Source: a virus
Taxonomy: Duplodnaviria; Caudoviricetes
DNA: 64,000 nt
Direction: 5' to 3' (one strand)
Virus record (IMG/VR): IMGVR_UViG_3300029305_003110
Coordinates: 32,001 to 96,000 of that record
Part shown: piece by piece, positions 1 to 12,585 of the stretch
How the letters are laid out: every line of letters begins with the position of its first letter
Numbering within the stretch: position 1 is the stretch's first letter
Notes under the pieces: model-generated
What the model was told of the DNA's origin: nothing
The model's database searches: none
What the model saw: only the letters and a program-made list of their open reading frames with translations
Position numbers and translations under genes: made by a program

Positions 1-325
1 TACTATCATCAGTACAATCTCCTTTTTTTATTAAATTATATTCATTAAGTATAGATATCCAATCGATAGAAAAATCTTTAATAGTACTACATTCTGCTGG
101 TTCTTTTTGGAGTTTACAGCCGAAATATCCTCCACCAAGAACTATTATATTAGCACAATGCATACAACAATCATTAACTTTTAAAATATACTTTAATGTC
201 AATACCGATATATAATATTCACATTTTTGACAATATTCATCTTCATGCGAAAATTTATGTCCACGAATATAACAATTAGTACATGGCGAAGTTACCTTCG
301 CCAATTCTTCTAAAGTGTATAACAT
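1..325 (-). CDS. Cys-rich hypothetical protein (runs off window start)
   Basis: ATG at 325 after GAGGGG RBS; open frame MLYTLEELAKVTSPCTNC...CQKC...CMHC to the window edge; absent from the ORF track because no stop lies in the window. Confidence 0.55.
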   Translation of the reverse strand, partial: MLYTLEELAKVTSPCTNCYIRGHKFSHEDEYCQKCEYYISVLTLKYILKVNDCCMHCANIIVLGGGYFGCKLQKEPAECSTIKDFSIDWISILNEYNLIKKGDCTDDS

Positions 326-346
326 AAACATCCCCCTCAATAAATT

Positions 347-520
347 TTATATAATATTATTAGTTATATTTTTATCTACCCACATCATAAATAACTCGAT
401 GCCGATATTTATAGTGCGAAATAATAATTGTAATATGCTTAAAACAGCATATACTGATACTGCTATAAGCATAAACGGTGTTAATATAATTCCTAATATG
501 ACGCATAAAACTCGTTTCAT
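347..520 (-). CDS. small membrane protein (57 aa)
   Basis: GGAGG RBS; MKRVLCVILGIILTPFMLIAVSVYAVLSILQLLF hydrophobic segment; translated by hand. Confidence 0.55.
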   Translation of the reverse strand: MKRVLCVILGIILTPFMLIAVSVYAVLSILQLLFRTINIGIELFMMWVDKNITNNII

Positions 521-558
521 AAAATAACCTCCAAAAAATTATAAATATACATATATTC

Positions 559-598
559 ATTAGAGTCACTATATCAATGAAGATATAGTGACTCTAAT
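559..598. terminator. 17-bp perfect hairpin, probable terminator
   Basis: ATTAGAGTCACTATATC-N6-GATATAGTGACTCTAAT downstream of ORF 616..942. Confidence 0.6.
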
Positions 599-615
599 AT
601 GTTATAATTTAAATG

Positions 616-942
616 TTATTCTTTTTGTGGTTCGTCACATATCTGTGTATTTGTATTAATTGGTATATTTGATAAAAACTTTTTAAATTCTTCCATGTCT
701 TCTTTAGCGATATATAGTGAAAAATAACCATATTCTTCGTTTCTAAGTATTTTTAATATTCGTTTCCATTTTCCTTTAAAGTTTTCTAACCCAGTATATG
801 ATGACATGTTAAAAGTGTCACTGACTAATGACAGTTCATAACCGACCATATCATCATATTCTCCTTTAAATATAACGCCATCGCTACAACCGCATTTGCA
901 ATATACGGCACAGCTTTTATTATCATTACTTTTCATAAACAT
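616..942 (-). CDS. hypothetical phage protein with CxCxC motif
   Basis: 108 aa ORF, AGGAGG RBS, CKCGC motif. Confidence 0.65.
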   Translation of the reverse strand: MFMKSNDNKSCAVYCKCGCSDGVIFKGEYDDMVGYELSLVSDTFNMSSYTGLENFKGKWKRILKILRNEEYGYFSLYIAKEDMEEFKKFLSNIPINTNTQICDEPQKE

Positions 943-953
943 AATATCTCCTC

Positions 954-1157
954 CTATTTTAATCGTATAACGGTTCCTTCAAAAGCACTAACTTCTTCAA
1001 TATGTACATTATTGATATCTTTATTTTCATCTATATTATATTCTTTTTTAAGAATATTAAAACAGTTGATGATGTTATCTGCAAATATTATACATTCTTT
1101 GTCTTTAGCAACAATATCATCATCTATAACAACTCCACATTTAAAAATTTTAAACAT
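954..1157 (-). CDS. hypothetical protein
   Basis: 67 aa ORF with GGGAG RBS, tightly packed with neighbours. Confidence 0.6.
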   Translation of the reverse strand: MFKIFKCGVVIDDDIVAKDKECIIFADNIINCFNILKKEYNIDENKDINNVHIEEVSAFEGTVIRLK

Positions 1158-1187
1158 AATTTATTTCTCCCCATATTTATTGTATAA

Positions 1188-1583
1188 TCATTCAGATCTA
1201 GGACCGAACTTCCTCTCAATATCCTGTTTAGTTTTAGAACGATATTCATCGACAAGAGTTTCTGAAATAGGCATCTTTTTATTACAAAGACCGCCGAAGA
1301 AACAATAATTGTTAGTTTTACAGAACACACATCGGTTTATAGGATTCCCTAGTAATTGACCGAGTTTATCTTTTTGTACACATTCTCTAAGTTCCTCAGA
1401 CACAGGATTTTCGCAAATTCCTGTAGGTATTGGAAAATCCCAAACAGTTAATGCCTCGCATCTGTTTCCAACTGCCATAGGTTCGTCATCGGCGTTTAGT
1501 CTGGACGATATATATTCATTCTTTATTTTAGCTAGTTTACCCTTCTGTCTTGATGATTTAAAAAACTTTATCATTATTCTCAA
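1188..1583 (-). CDS. hypothetical protein, Cys-rich C-terminus
   Basis: 131 aa ORF co-oriented with neighbours. Confidence 0.6.
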   Translation of the reverse strand: MRIMIKFFKSSRQKGKLAKIKNEYISSRLNADDEPMAVGNRCEALTVWDFPIPTGICENPVSEELRECVQKDKLGQLLGNPINRCVFCKTNNYCFFGGLCNKKMPISETLVDEYRSKTKQDIERKFGPRSE

Positions 1584-2121
1584 TACCTTTCTTTATATCT
1601 GCACACAGTTTTGATGTAAGATAATCAGACCTTAATATTTCATAATATTTTATGTCGTATAACTCATTATCTACTAATTTGACATCGTCTTTAAATACTC
1701 CGACAACACGTCCGCCATATTTTTCAACGAGTCTATCATAGTGTTTTATTGCAGGATTTTTTGTCACTGCACTAAATACTATTTTATTAAATTTAAAAAA
1801 TTCAAAGATATCTTTAATGGCTTTACAAATATCTTTACCAAATATAAATTTTCCTGATTTATTATCTTCATCACAGAAACTTATAATTGCTAAACTTGAG
1901 CAATAGTTTGCTGTCCTATGTATATTATACATTATTACTCCAAGAACGTTATTATCTGCATCAACAGATGCAAACTGATGTGAGTCCCAACTGTTATCCT
2001 GTATCATAAAATTAGAATCATATGATACACTTGTTATAAAATATTTATATTTGTCAACAAACCATGCATGTAACCACAAATTTTCTATATCAGCTTTATA
2101 TAATATAGCCGGTTTAAGCAT
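1558..2121 (-). CDS. GNAT-family (RimJ/RimL-like) acetyltransferase
   Basis: NPAIKHYDRLVEKYGGRVVGVFKDDVKLVDNELYD resembles the RimL/SpeG-type C-terminus; AGGAG RBS. Confidence 0.65.
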   Translation of the reverse strand: MLKPAILYKADIENLWLHAWFVDKYKYFITSVSYDSNFMIQDNSWDSHQFASVDADNNVLGVIMYNIHRTANYCSSLAIISFCDEDNKSGKFIFGKDICKAIKDIFEFFKFNKIVFSAVTKNPAIKHYDRLVEKYGGRVVGVFKDDVKLVDNELYDIKYYEILRSDYLTSKLCADIKKGIENNDKVF

Positions 2122-2136
2122 ATTGATTCTCCTTAT

Positions 2137-2937
2137 TTATTTTTTAAAATGTCTTTTTATTAATTTTATAATATATAAATATTCTTTAGCATATTTATTA
2201 TGCCCATGAGTTTTCCTTACCTGCTTTTTGAAATCGGCAATTGAACCGTGAAAACAACCACAGCAAACATTTATATCTCCATCCTCGCATTTAAAGAATG
2301 TGGTCGAACGGAAACCAGAACCAAATCCTGTAATTACTGCATAATCTCCAGTATTATTTATAAGGGCATTTGAATCAATACGAGCATCTCCATAAATATT
2401 AGCATTGCACACTTTAGCCCACCCATATATTTGCGAACACCCATATATGCATGAATGACCATATATCTTAGCACCATCAGTAATACATGAAATACCACGC
2501 ACTTCTGCTTCGTCACAAATCTGCGCATTTCCGCAAATAGTTGCACCCCCATGCACTCTAGCTTTATCAAAAATTAACGCATTATTGTATACCTTAGCAT
2601 GCTCATATGCCCAAGCACATCCGTACACTCTAGCTTCTCCAAATATTTTAGCTGAGTTTGCTACTCTGGCATTGTCACCAACAAATGCATCATCACACAC
2701 ACAAGCATCATTATATATCCAGCAGGTCCCATCATGGCTGAGATTTTTTTCAGATTCAATCCATCCGCCCAATTCTCCTTTTTTAACATCTCCAAAATCT
2801 TTAAGAGCTTTTATTCTATGGAGTATTACTCCACGAAAGCTTCTAATTTCATCTGTTAATTCGTATTTTTTACCAGAACCGATTGTGCCTTTCCAATCAT
2901 AAGGTTTATCTTTTAATTTAACGGCATCATCTAACAT
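2137..2937 (-). CDS. hexapeptide-repeat left-handed beta-helix protein, paralog 1
   Basis: KYELT...RIKALKDFGDVKKGELGGWIESEKNLS head, [IV]xxxAx hexapeptide repeats, CGCFHGS C-terminus. Confidence 0.8.
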   Translation of the reverse strand: MLDDAVKLKDKPYDWKGTIGSGKKYELTDEIRSFRGVILHRIKALKDFGDVKKGELGGWIESEKNLSHDGTCWIYNDACVCDDAFVGDNARVANSAKIFGEARVYGCAWAYEHAKVYNNALIFDKARVHGGATICGNAQICDEAEVRGISCITDGAKIYGHSCIYGCSQIYGWAKVCNANIYGDARIDSNALINNTGDYAVITGFGSGFRSTTFFKCEDGDINVCCGCFHGSIADFKKQVRKTHGHNKYAKEYLYIIKLIKRHFKK

Positions 2938-3011
2938 AACTATCTCATCCTCTCCATTTAAAAATAAAATATTTCCCTGAATAATATAACTATTCAGGGA
3001 AATTAATTTGT

Positions 3012-3491
3012 TTATTTATTTGTTTTTTCAGCAATAGAATCGAATATCATATGTTGTGCATACTTGCCAATAGGATTTCCTGTATACAAAAATGGAATTT
3101 TTGTCTCGTATATATTCAGAATATTGATATCAACAAATCCCATTTTCTCATAAAATGGTCTAATTGATTCTACGATTTCACACATACGGTCATCGCTAGG
3201 CTCTTCAGGGTATTCAATCTTCAATGCTGCCGCACTAGCGAGTATTATGGCATCTTTATTCATATTTATAATTTCTTCAACTAATTTTCTACCAATACCT
3301 TTACCTCTGTTTTCAGGATTGACATATACTGAATTTATCTCAACCTGTGGTGCGTAAGGAAATATTGATGACATATCACATGCTAAAAAGGAATTACCTT
3401 CTCCACTATTAGGACAATTTTTTCTGCTAGCATTAATGAAACTTCCATCACCATCATCAATCTTTATAATAATATTAAATTTATCCATCAT
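3012..3491 (-). CDS. GNAT-family acetyltransferase
   Basis: Motif A VYVNPENRGKGIGRKLV and motif B FYEKMGF. Confidence 0.8.
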   Translation of the reverse strand: MMDKFNIIIKIDDGDGSFINASRKNCPNSGEGNSFLACDMSSIFPYAPQVEINSVYVNPENRGKGIGRKLVEEIINMNKDAIILASAAALKIEYPEEPSDDRMCEIVESIRPFYEKMGFVDINILNIYETKIPFLYTGNPIGKYAQHMIFDSIAEKTNK

Positions 3492-3907
3492 AACTCCTCC
3501 TCACAATATTTCATTTCACCTTTTACTAATTCAATTATTTCATCAACATCCACAAGAGAATTTGGATTGTTTAACCATACCTGTATAATTTCATCATAAA
3601 CATGAACACCTAATTCTTTATCACAGCGAAATTTATCTTTACCATTTATAGTTATTATTGATAAATCGGTTTCCGTTTCATTTAATTCCTGTGTAAATTT
3701 ATCACTATTATTTTCTAATCTATCTTCAATCATATGTTGATTTATATGTGGTATTGGACTATATACTGTTGATGAAATTATTTTTGCTCGACGATTATAT
3801 TTTTTATTAATTTTGTCATATAGTTCATTAGAATGTCCGAATTCTAAAGAAATATTATTCAGAGTTGTACATATCTGTTTTTCTTTCATTATATATTGTA
3901 TTAACAT
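3488..3907 (-). CDS. hypothetical protein
   Basis: 139 aa ORF, GAGGAG RBS, 4-nt overlap with the downstream gene. Confidence 0.65.
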   Translation of the reverse strand: MLIQYIMKEKQICTTLNNISLEFGHSNELYDKINKKYNRRAKIISSTVYSPIPHINQHMIEDRLENNSDKFTQELNETETDLSIITINGKDKFRCDKELGVHVYDEIIQVWLNNPNSLVDVDEIIELVKGEMKYCEEEL

Positions 3908-3922
3908 TTTATATTCTCCTCT

Positions 3923-4147
3923 TTAATATTTTTTTTCAAATCCGATAGGAAATAATCCGTTTATACACTTATCACCTTTCGAATCTCTTCTAGTACAGAA
4001 TATTACATTGAAATATTTACAGTTTTTACATCGTTTGTTAAATATAAATTCAAGTAATATTTGTATACGATATTTTATTTTATCCATATATTTACTCCAA
4101 TCATTTATTATATTTCCATATAGGGTGATCTGAATTTTTGCATACAT
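3923..4147 (-). CDS. small Cys-motif protein (start likely about 4088, MDKIK)
   Basis: CKNC...C...C motif; fills the gap in the operon. Confidence 0.45.
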   Translation of the reverse strand: MYAKIQITLYGNIINDWSKYMDKIKYRIQILLEFIFNKRCKNCKYFNVIFCTRRDSKGDKCINGLFPIGFEKKY

Positions 4148-4754
4148 CTGTTAATTTTCTAATAAAGTTAGCAGGAGTTATTCTTACATTATTTTTAGCA
4201 TAAAATTCGCCATCAAATATAATATCTAATACTTCGGTAGGCGCATATGTTGCTGCTTCATCCGCTGCATACGTTATACATCTATATACGTTTTTACCAC
4301 TAGTATTATTAGCTTTTCCGATATCATCATATACTGACATGAAATGTATATTTTTCTGCGGGAACGTACTAAATGCATATAATAAAATAACATCAACCAA
4401 ATATCTGTAACCTAAAATATTAGATCGTATTGATAATAGTGATAGAAGTTTCTTGATTCTGATTTCGATTATATTATTAATTTTATCAATATCTTGTAAC
4501 CCTATGATCAAATTAAGATTATAATTCAATTTAGTTATTTGATGTAGTAATTCTGTTTCAAAATATGACATTTCAATTTCATTTAATTTGTAAATTATAC
4601 CCTTAATCGAATTAATAATATTTTGATCTTTTTGATTAGTTATCAATTCCGGCATAATACGTTCTAAATGCGTTACACAATCATCAAGTTTTTTAAAATT
4701 TTCATCAAGCATCATATTATTTTTCATCTCTTTTCTCATATAATGTATCAGCAC
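4101..4754 (-). CDS. Spo0A C-terminal DNA-binding-domain protein without receiver domain (start probably about 4716)
   Basis: SIRSNILGYRYLVDVI...VYDDIGKANNTSGKNVYRCITYA...TPANFI aligns by eye with Spo0A_C (GVPAHIKGYQYLR...LYP.IAKKYNTT.SRVERAIRHA...PTNSEFI). Confidence 0.7.
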   Translation of the reverse strand: MLIHYMRKEMKNNMMLDENFKKLDDCVTHLERIMPELITNQKDQNIINSIKGIIYKLNEIEMSYFETELLHQITKLNYNLNLIIGLQDIDKINNIIEIRIKKLLSLLSIRSNILGYRYLVDVILLYAFSTFPQKNIHFMSVYDDIGKANNTSGKNVYRCITYAADEAATYAPTEVLDIIFDGEFYAKNNVRITPANFIRKLTDVCKNSDHPIWKYNK

Positions 4755-4965
4755 TTGTATTATATGTACTAGTTACTTTAGATATTTTTCCATTGATAAA
4801 GTTCGTAGATATCAAAATATGTCCTTTGCACATAGCACATTCACAATATTTTATTATAATATCTTCACCATATTTATTTAATGGTGTTACTTCATCCATA
4901 ACAATATGTTTTGATGTGCCGCATACAGGACATACTGGTATTGATTTTAAATATTCATTATTCAT
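4717..4965 (-). CDS. small zinc-ribbon protein
   Basis: CPVC...CAMC pair. Confidence 0.65.
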   Translation of the reverse strand: MNNEYLKSIPVCPVCGTSKHIVMDEVTPLNKYGEDIIIKYCECAMCKGHILISTNFINGKISKVTSTYNTSADTLYEKRDEK

Positions 4966-5503
4966 TTTTTAATACCTCATTACGTTTATCATTAAATTCA
5001 TGAAATTCATTTTTAAAGTCATCTAACCATGAGATAAAACTATATAGGCATGAGTCACAAAAACCTAATTCTTTACCCTGACCGCAAGTGCTCAATACTT
5101 TAACGCCTGATATATATGGTGTCGATTCGTATCCAACAAAAGCGCCAGGCTCATCACATTCTTGATGTAGCTTATACTTGACTAAGCTGAACTGATCATT
5201 TTCTTTATATTTCATCCCACATCTGTGGCATGTTTTAAGTTTTGCTGCCTCTTCCGCGTTATATTTTCTAACAAATTTTGTAATATCATCTAATGAATAG
5301 TCAACGCCATCGATAATAATACCTGTACGTAATTGGTTTTGATCTTTTATAGTATCAGACGTTAAATTTGCTGTTATATATGGTGATATATTTTCACCAC
5401 ACAATCCTTTAGTATCAACATGAGAGTTCTTTGAACCATAACATTTGTTTCGCGAATTATTAAAGGTATGAGTATTAATATTTTTATTTCTTTTATTTTT
5501 CAT
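4958..5503 (-). CDS. hypothetical zinc-binding protein
   Basis: CHRC...CDSC; AGGAG RBS. Confidence 0.6.
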   Translation of the reverse strand: MKNKRNKNINTHTFNNSRNKCYGSKNSHVDTKGLCGENISPYITANLTSDTIKDQNQLRTGIIIDGVDYSLDDITKFVRKYNAEEAAKLKTCHRCGMKYKENDQFSLVKYKLHQECDEPGAFVGYESTPYISGVKVLSTCGQGKELGFCDSCLYSFISWLDDFKNEFHEFNDKRNEVLKNE

Positions 5504-5756
5504 TTATATCAGTCTCCTTATTATATTCTGGTGGTATAATGGCAAAATATATAAAATCGTCTGCACTTATATCATTATTATTTATGAGATATTGTAGTTC
5601 GCGTTTAGTAGAATCTTTTGCGAGACCTATAATATCAACATGTTTTTCATCATAACCATCCGCATCAAATTCAAATTCCCATATAGCTCTTACTGTTATA
5701 ACCTTCTTCATAATACCACCCCTATTTTTTACGATTTTTAAAATATCTTTTTGCAA
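5493..5756 (-). CDS. hypothetical protein (start likely 5711, MKKVITV)
   Basis: ORF with GGGGTGG RBS before the internal ATG. Confidence 0.55.
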   Translation of the reverse strand: MQKDILKIVKNRGGIMKKVITVRAIWEFEFDADGYDEKHVDIIGLAKDSTKRELQYLINNNDISADDFIYFAIIPPEYNKETDINEK

Positions 5757-6465
5757 GTTTTATCATCTGCAAATATTCTTTTCCATGAACATTGCGTTCA
5801 TATTTCTTTATATATCTCGCAACATCATCAATTGTACCTAGCATATTTTCGCCGATACTCATGTCTATTGAGTCTGTCGACTTGAAAAATGTTACAGTAA
5901 TACCTTCGCAGCCTGGACCAGTAATGACTATGTAATCGTGACTGTCGCCAATTCTTGCATCACCAAAAATGTATGCACCGTTTTTAATTATAGCATCACC
6001 ATATATTACACTATTGCCTGATACGGTGACTTTGTTATATAAAGATACATTATCCCGGATATAAGCGTCATCGTGAATATCACAATTATCAATAACACCA
6101 TTAGTTGATATCATAGCATACCCACCTATACGACAATTGTGAATTTTCGCCCCATCCATTATTATAGCATCATATCCAATATAACTATTTCCGTGTACAG
6201 AACATTCATTCATAATTTCCGCACGTGATGATATGCATGAATCATTATATATCACTGCATTATCCGAAACATTAGCATCATCGAATACTACTGCGTCGTC
6301 AAACACCCAACAATTTCCATGAATGCTAAGGTTCTTTTCAGATTCAATCCATCCGCCCAAATCTCCTTTTTTAACCTTTCCGAAATCTTTAAGAGCCCTT
6401 ATTCTATGGAGTGTTGCCCCATGAAACTCTCTAGTTTCATCTGTCAATTCGTATTTAGTATTCAT
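5722..6465 (-). CDS. hexapeptide-repeat beta-helix protein, paralog 2
   Basis: Same N-terminal head as 2137..2937 followed by hexapeptide repeats. Confidence 0.8.
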   Translation of the reverse strand: MNTKYELTDETREFHGATLHRIRALKDFGKVKKGDLGGWIESEKNLSIHGNCWVFDDAVVFDDANVSDNAVIYNDSCISSRAEIMNECSVHGNSYIGYDAIIMDGAKIHNCRIGGYAMISTNGVIDNCDIHDDAYIRDNVSLYNKVTVSGNSVIYGDAIIKNGAYIFGDARIGDSHDYIVITGPGCEGITVTFFKSTDSIDMSIGENMLGTIDDVARYIKKYERNVHGKEYLQMIKLAKRYFKNRKK

Positions 6466-6555
6466 TTGACATCTCTCCCTTCTTAAATAAATAATATATA
6501 ATTAAAAACATAAAAAAATAACAGATAAATTAGTATCTGTTATTTTTTATAATAA

Positions 6556-7575
6556 TCATTCATTGCATATTTGCAAATCATCATGCAATTCTGTGGTTCC
6601 GTCCACCTTAGCATCTCCGCACACCATAACATTATCATACAATTTCGCACATCCACACACATGACCATTATCGTGTATTCGAACATTACCATACAGTTCC
6701 GCATTATCATACACGCGAGCATTATCATAAACATGAACAGCATTATGTAGTTTTACATAATTACTCACTATGGTATCCCCATATACATGCACATCATCGC
6801 ACAGTTTTGCATAATCACACACATGAGCGTAACCATACACTCTAACTCTATCCCGCAGTTCCGCATCATCATATACACGAGAATCACCATATACTTGTAC
6901 AGCACCATACAGTTCCGCATAATCACACACATGAGCGTTACCATATACTTGTACATCATCATACAGTTCCGCATCATCATATACACGAGCATCACCATAT
7001 ACTTGCACAGAATCATACAGTTGCGCATCATCACATACACGAGCGTTACCATATACTTGTACATCATCATACAGTTCCACATCATCACATACACGAGCGT
7101 TATCATATACCCGAACATCATCACATAGTTCTACATCATCACATACCTGAGCGGCACCATACACTTTAACCCTATCTTCCAATTTAACACGACCATATAT
7201 ACGGGCATCGTCATATACTTGTGTCGCATCAAACAGGTGAACATTATCATATATACGAGCGTTACCATATACTTGTACATCGTCATATAACATTACATTA
7301 TTATAGACTCTGGCATTTTCAAATAATTTGACATTATCTCTAGCTTGTGCCTGGTTCAATATTTTTGCATTATTAGATACACTTGCCGACTCGAACACTA
7401 TTGCATCATCATATATCCAGCAGACCCCATTAATATCAAGGTTTTTCTCAGATTCTATCCAACCGCCCAAATCTCCTTTTTTAACATCTCCAAAATCTTT
7501 GAGGGCTCTTATTCTATAAAGAGTTCTCCCACAATGTAATATAGTTTCATTTGTCAATTCATATTTAGTATTCAT
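6556..7575 (-). CDS. hexapeptide-repeat beta-helix protein, paralog 3 (expanded repeat)
   Basis: Same head followed by a long array of DDAELY/DDVQVY/GNARVC units. Confidence 0.8.
   Translation of the reverse strand: MNTKYELTNETILHCGRTLYRIRALKDFGDVKKGDLGGWIESEKNLDINGVCWIYDDAIVFESASVSNNAKILNQAQARDNVKLFENARVYNNVMLYDDVQVYGNARIYDNVHLFDATQVYDDARIYGRVKLEDRVKVYGAAQVCDDVELCDDVRVYDNARVCDDVELYDDVQVYGNARVCDDAQLYDSVQVYGDARVYDDAELYDDVQVYGNAHVCDYAELYGAVQVYGDSRVYDDAELRDRVRVYGYAHVCDYAKLCDDVHVYGDTIVSNYVKLHNAVHVYDNARVYDNAELYGNVRIHDNGHVCGCAKLYDNVMVCGDAKVDGTTELHDDLQICNE
6790..7290 (-). repeat. coding tandem repeat, 18-nt units grouped in 54-nt super-units (ends approximate)
   Basis: Recurrent ACCATATACTTGTACATCATCATACAGTTCC-like units on the + strand. 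Confidence 0.75.
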
Positions 7576-7649
7576 ATCATTCGCTTCCTTTCTTAAATAA
7601 TATAAAACTAACAGATAAATGAATATCTGTTAGTTTTTAATTGATAAGT

Positions 7650-8309
7650 TTATACGTATTTGGATTTCGTATTTTTAAAACTAAAAGTGAGAACCAAATG
7701 CCCAATACATGTCATAACAATAGTATCTACTTTTAAGAAATGTAATAGTCGTTCATTATACTTTCTTTTATTGAGTTCCTCTTTAATTTTTAAAAGAGCG
7801 CAACGTATTAACTTATCTTTATTATTGACTACATCGACTTTAAGTCTTTCTAGCATATTTCTTCTATCATCATCTGTCATATCTATATCGTTTACTGTTG
7901 GGAAATCAACTTCAATAAAATCAAAAACTCCGGTTTTTGTATTACCATTTTCCTTATATAGTCTCACGCTAGGCTCTCGCACAATACTATTGAGCTCGTT
8001 GTCATATATAAATGCAACCACTTCTTTTGGAAATGTGCCGTATACAGCGTTCTGTACAGTTGATAAACAACCACCATCTACTATATTGCGACGTATAATA
8101 TTTTTCATTGTTTCGATTCTGCAAACAGGATATGGATATATGTAATTGATAATAAAATCGTTAAACGATTTACGCCTATCCATTACACATTTATGGTCAC
8201 CAAACTCAGATATGTCGCATTCGCAAACATTAAATACGGATGTGTCATCGTCGAATAACACCAAATGCGGTCTGTTGTCAATAAATTTTCCAAACAATTT
8301 GATCTTCAT
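7650..8309 (-). CDS. hypothetical protein
   Basis: 219 aa ORF, AGGGAG RBS. Confidence 0.7.
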   Translation of the reverse strand: MKIKLFGKFIDNRPHLVLFDDDTSVFNVCECDISEFGDHKCVMDRRKSFNDFIINYIYPYPVCRIETMKNIIRRNIVDGGCLSTVQNAVYGTFPKEVVAFIYDNELNSIVREPSVRLYKENGNTKTGVFDFIEVDFPTVNDIDMTDDDRRNMLERLKVDVVNNKDKLIRCALLKIKEELNKRKYNERLLHFLKVDTIVMTCIGHLVLTFSFKNTKSKYV

Positions 8310-8432
8310 AATAAATCATTCTCCCTATAAATAAAATATATTATTTAGAAGATAACGATATATCGCTATCTCTTTATTTAAATAAATAATATATAAATAT
8401 TTAATATAAAAAAACGATTATTTATATAAATG

Positions 8433-8469
8433 ATATAGAGATATGTCCGTAATGGACATATCTCTATAT
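8433..8469 (-). terminator. hairpin terminator after RNAP beta gene
   Basis: ATATAGAGATATGTCC-N5-GGACATATCTCTATAT perfect 16-bp stem. Confidence 0.6.
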
Positions 8470-8478
8470 TCTTTTTAA

Positions 8479-11479
<3,001 letters not shown>

Positions 11480-11501
11480 GTGTTATCATCCTTCCAATTA
11501 T

Positions 11502-11747
11502 TTAATTATTAATATATGTGTATATTGATTTGGGAATAATCACTATTACACCATTATGCAATAATGCGTAAGGATTATTGTTCACATACAATATGGTTTT
11601 ATTTTCATTTAAACAAATATCTACATTTGTTGTAGACTGTTTAATGCTTTCGGATAATAATTCTAATTTATTTTTCGTTTCTAGCATCGTTTTCATTCTC
11701 CACTTCAGTCGCACAAATATCTTTCGCCGATTTTGACTTTGGTACAT
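11502..11747 (-). CDS. hypothetical protein (start likely about 11687-11696)
   Basis: ORF between the RNAP gene and the upstream gene. Confidence 0.5.
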   Translation of the reverse strand: MYQSQNRRKIFVRLKWRMKTMLETKNKLELLSESIKQSTTNVDICLNENKTILYVNNNPYALLHNGVIVIIPKSIYTYINN

Positions 11748-12564
11748 TTATTTTATAATTCGTTTTAGGAATAACGTATCCAGTATCTTGTTCTAAATCA
11801 GCCTCAATATTCTTTTTTTGAATAATTTCATTAGCTTTAATTATGGCTTCAGCCATCATCATCTGATGTTCTGCTTTACGTCTTTCTTTTCTTCTCTTTT
11901 CTCTTCTCTTCTTGCTTTCGCGTTGTAAATACTTTCTCTTTTCTTCTGCTTCAGCGTCAGCTTCTGCTTTACGATTCTTTTTCATAGTTCTAATAATTGA
12001 TGTTATATATTTATTATATGCTTTTGTGCTCCCGAGAATTTTCTTCATTATACATACATTTATACCCGCTTCTAAGCTAAATGTATCTTCTTCATCACAC
12101 ACAGATTTCTCAAAACTTCCATCTGCAAAAAATACTTTAATTACTTTATTTGGTACTATTATTTTAACATCAGCAATTATAGGAAGTTCGGAATAATTAA
12201 TAATATCACCATCGGATATATTTGATAATGTTAACCCATAACTATTTTCTATATGTGAATGTGGACTTATTAAAACATATTGATTTGGTATAATAGGATA
12301 TGTATACCCGTTTGCATGTATTACATCCATATTATCAGTTTGAGCAATATATCCATTACCTATCTGAACCACTTTATCCGCAACACAATCGTTTCCAACA
12401 TGAGATGAATGCCCCGTTCCTATTGTAGTATTGCCTTGCACATAGTCTTTATTGGCATCGAGATGTGTCCCAATTGCTGTTGTGGAATTATTTTTCTTAT
12501 ACAAGTCTTTAGCTTCATGATAAGCTTCCATTGATCCTTCATTGAGCATTCCTTTATAACCCAT
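11668..12564 (-). CDS. hypothetical phage protein with basic coiled-coil C-terminus
   Basis: 298 aa; IKVFFADGSFEKSVCDEEDTFSLEAG segment; AGGAG RBS. Confidence 0.7.
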   Translation of the reverse strand: MGYKGMLNEGSMEAYHEAKDLYKKNNSTTAIGTHLDANKDYVQGNTTIGTGHSSHVGNDCVADKVVQIGNGYIAQTDNMDVIHANGYTYPIIPNQYVLISPHSHIENSYGLTLSNISDGDIINYSELPIIADVKIIVPNKVIKVFFADGSFEKSVCDEEDTFSLEAGINVCIMKKILGSTKAYNKYITSIIRTMKKNRKAEADAEAEEKRKYLQRESKKRREKRRKERRKAEHQMMMAEAIIKANEIIQKKNIEADLEQDTGYVIPKTNYKINVPKSKSAKDICATEVENENDARNEK

Positions 12565-12585
12565 ATCTAATCTCTCCTTCTATAT

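Noticed and set aside
6540-7128. Met/Cys/Tyr-rich and Ile-rich ORFs (6540..6743, 6768..7124, 6787..7128)
   Set aside because: Alternate-frame and antisense shadows of the hexapeptide repeat in 6556..7575
6790-7290. Possible CRISPR array
   Set aside because: Units are contiguous, in-frame coding repeats with no unique spacers, and there is no cas operon
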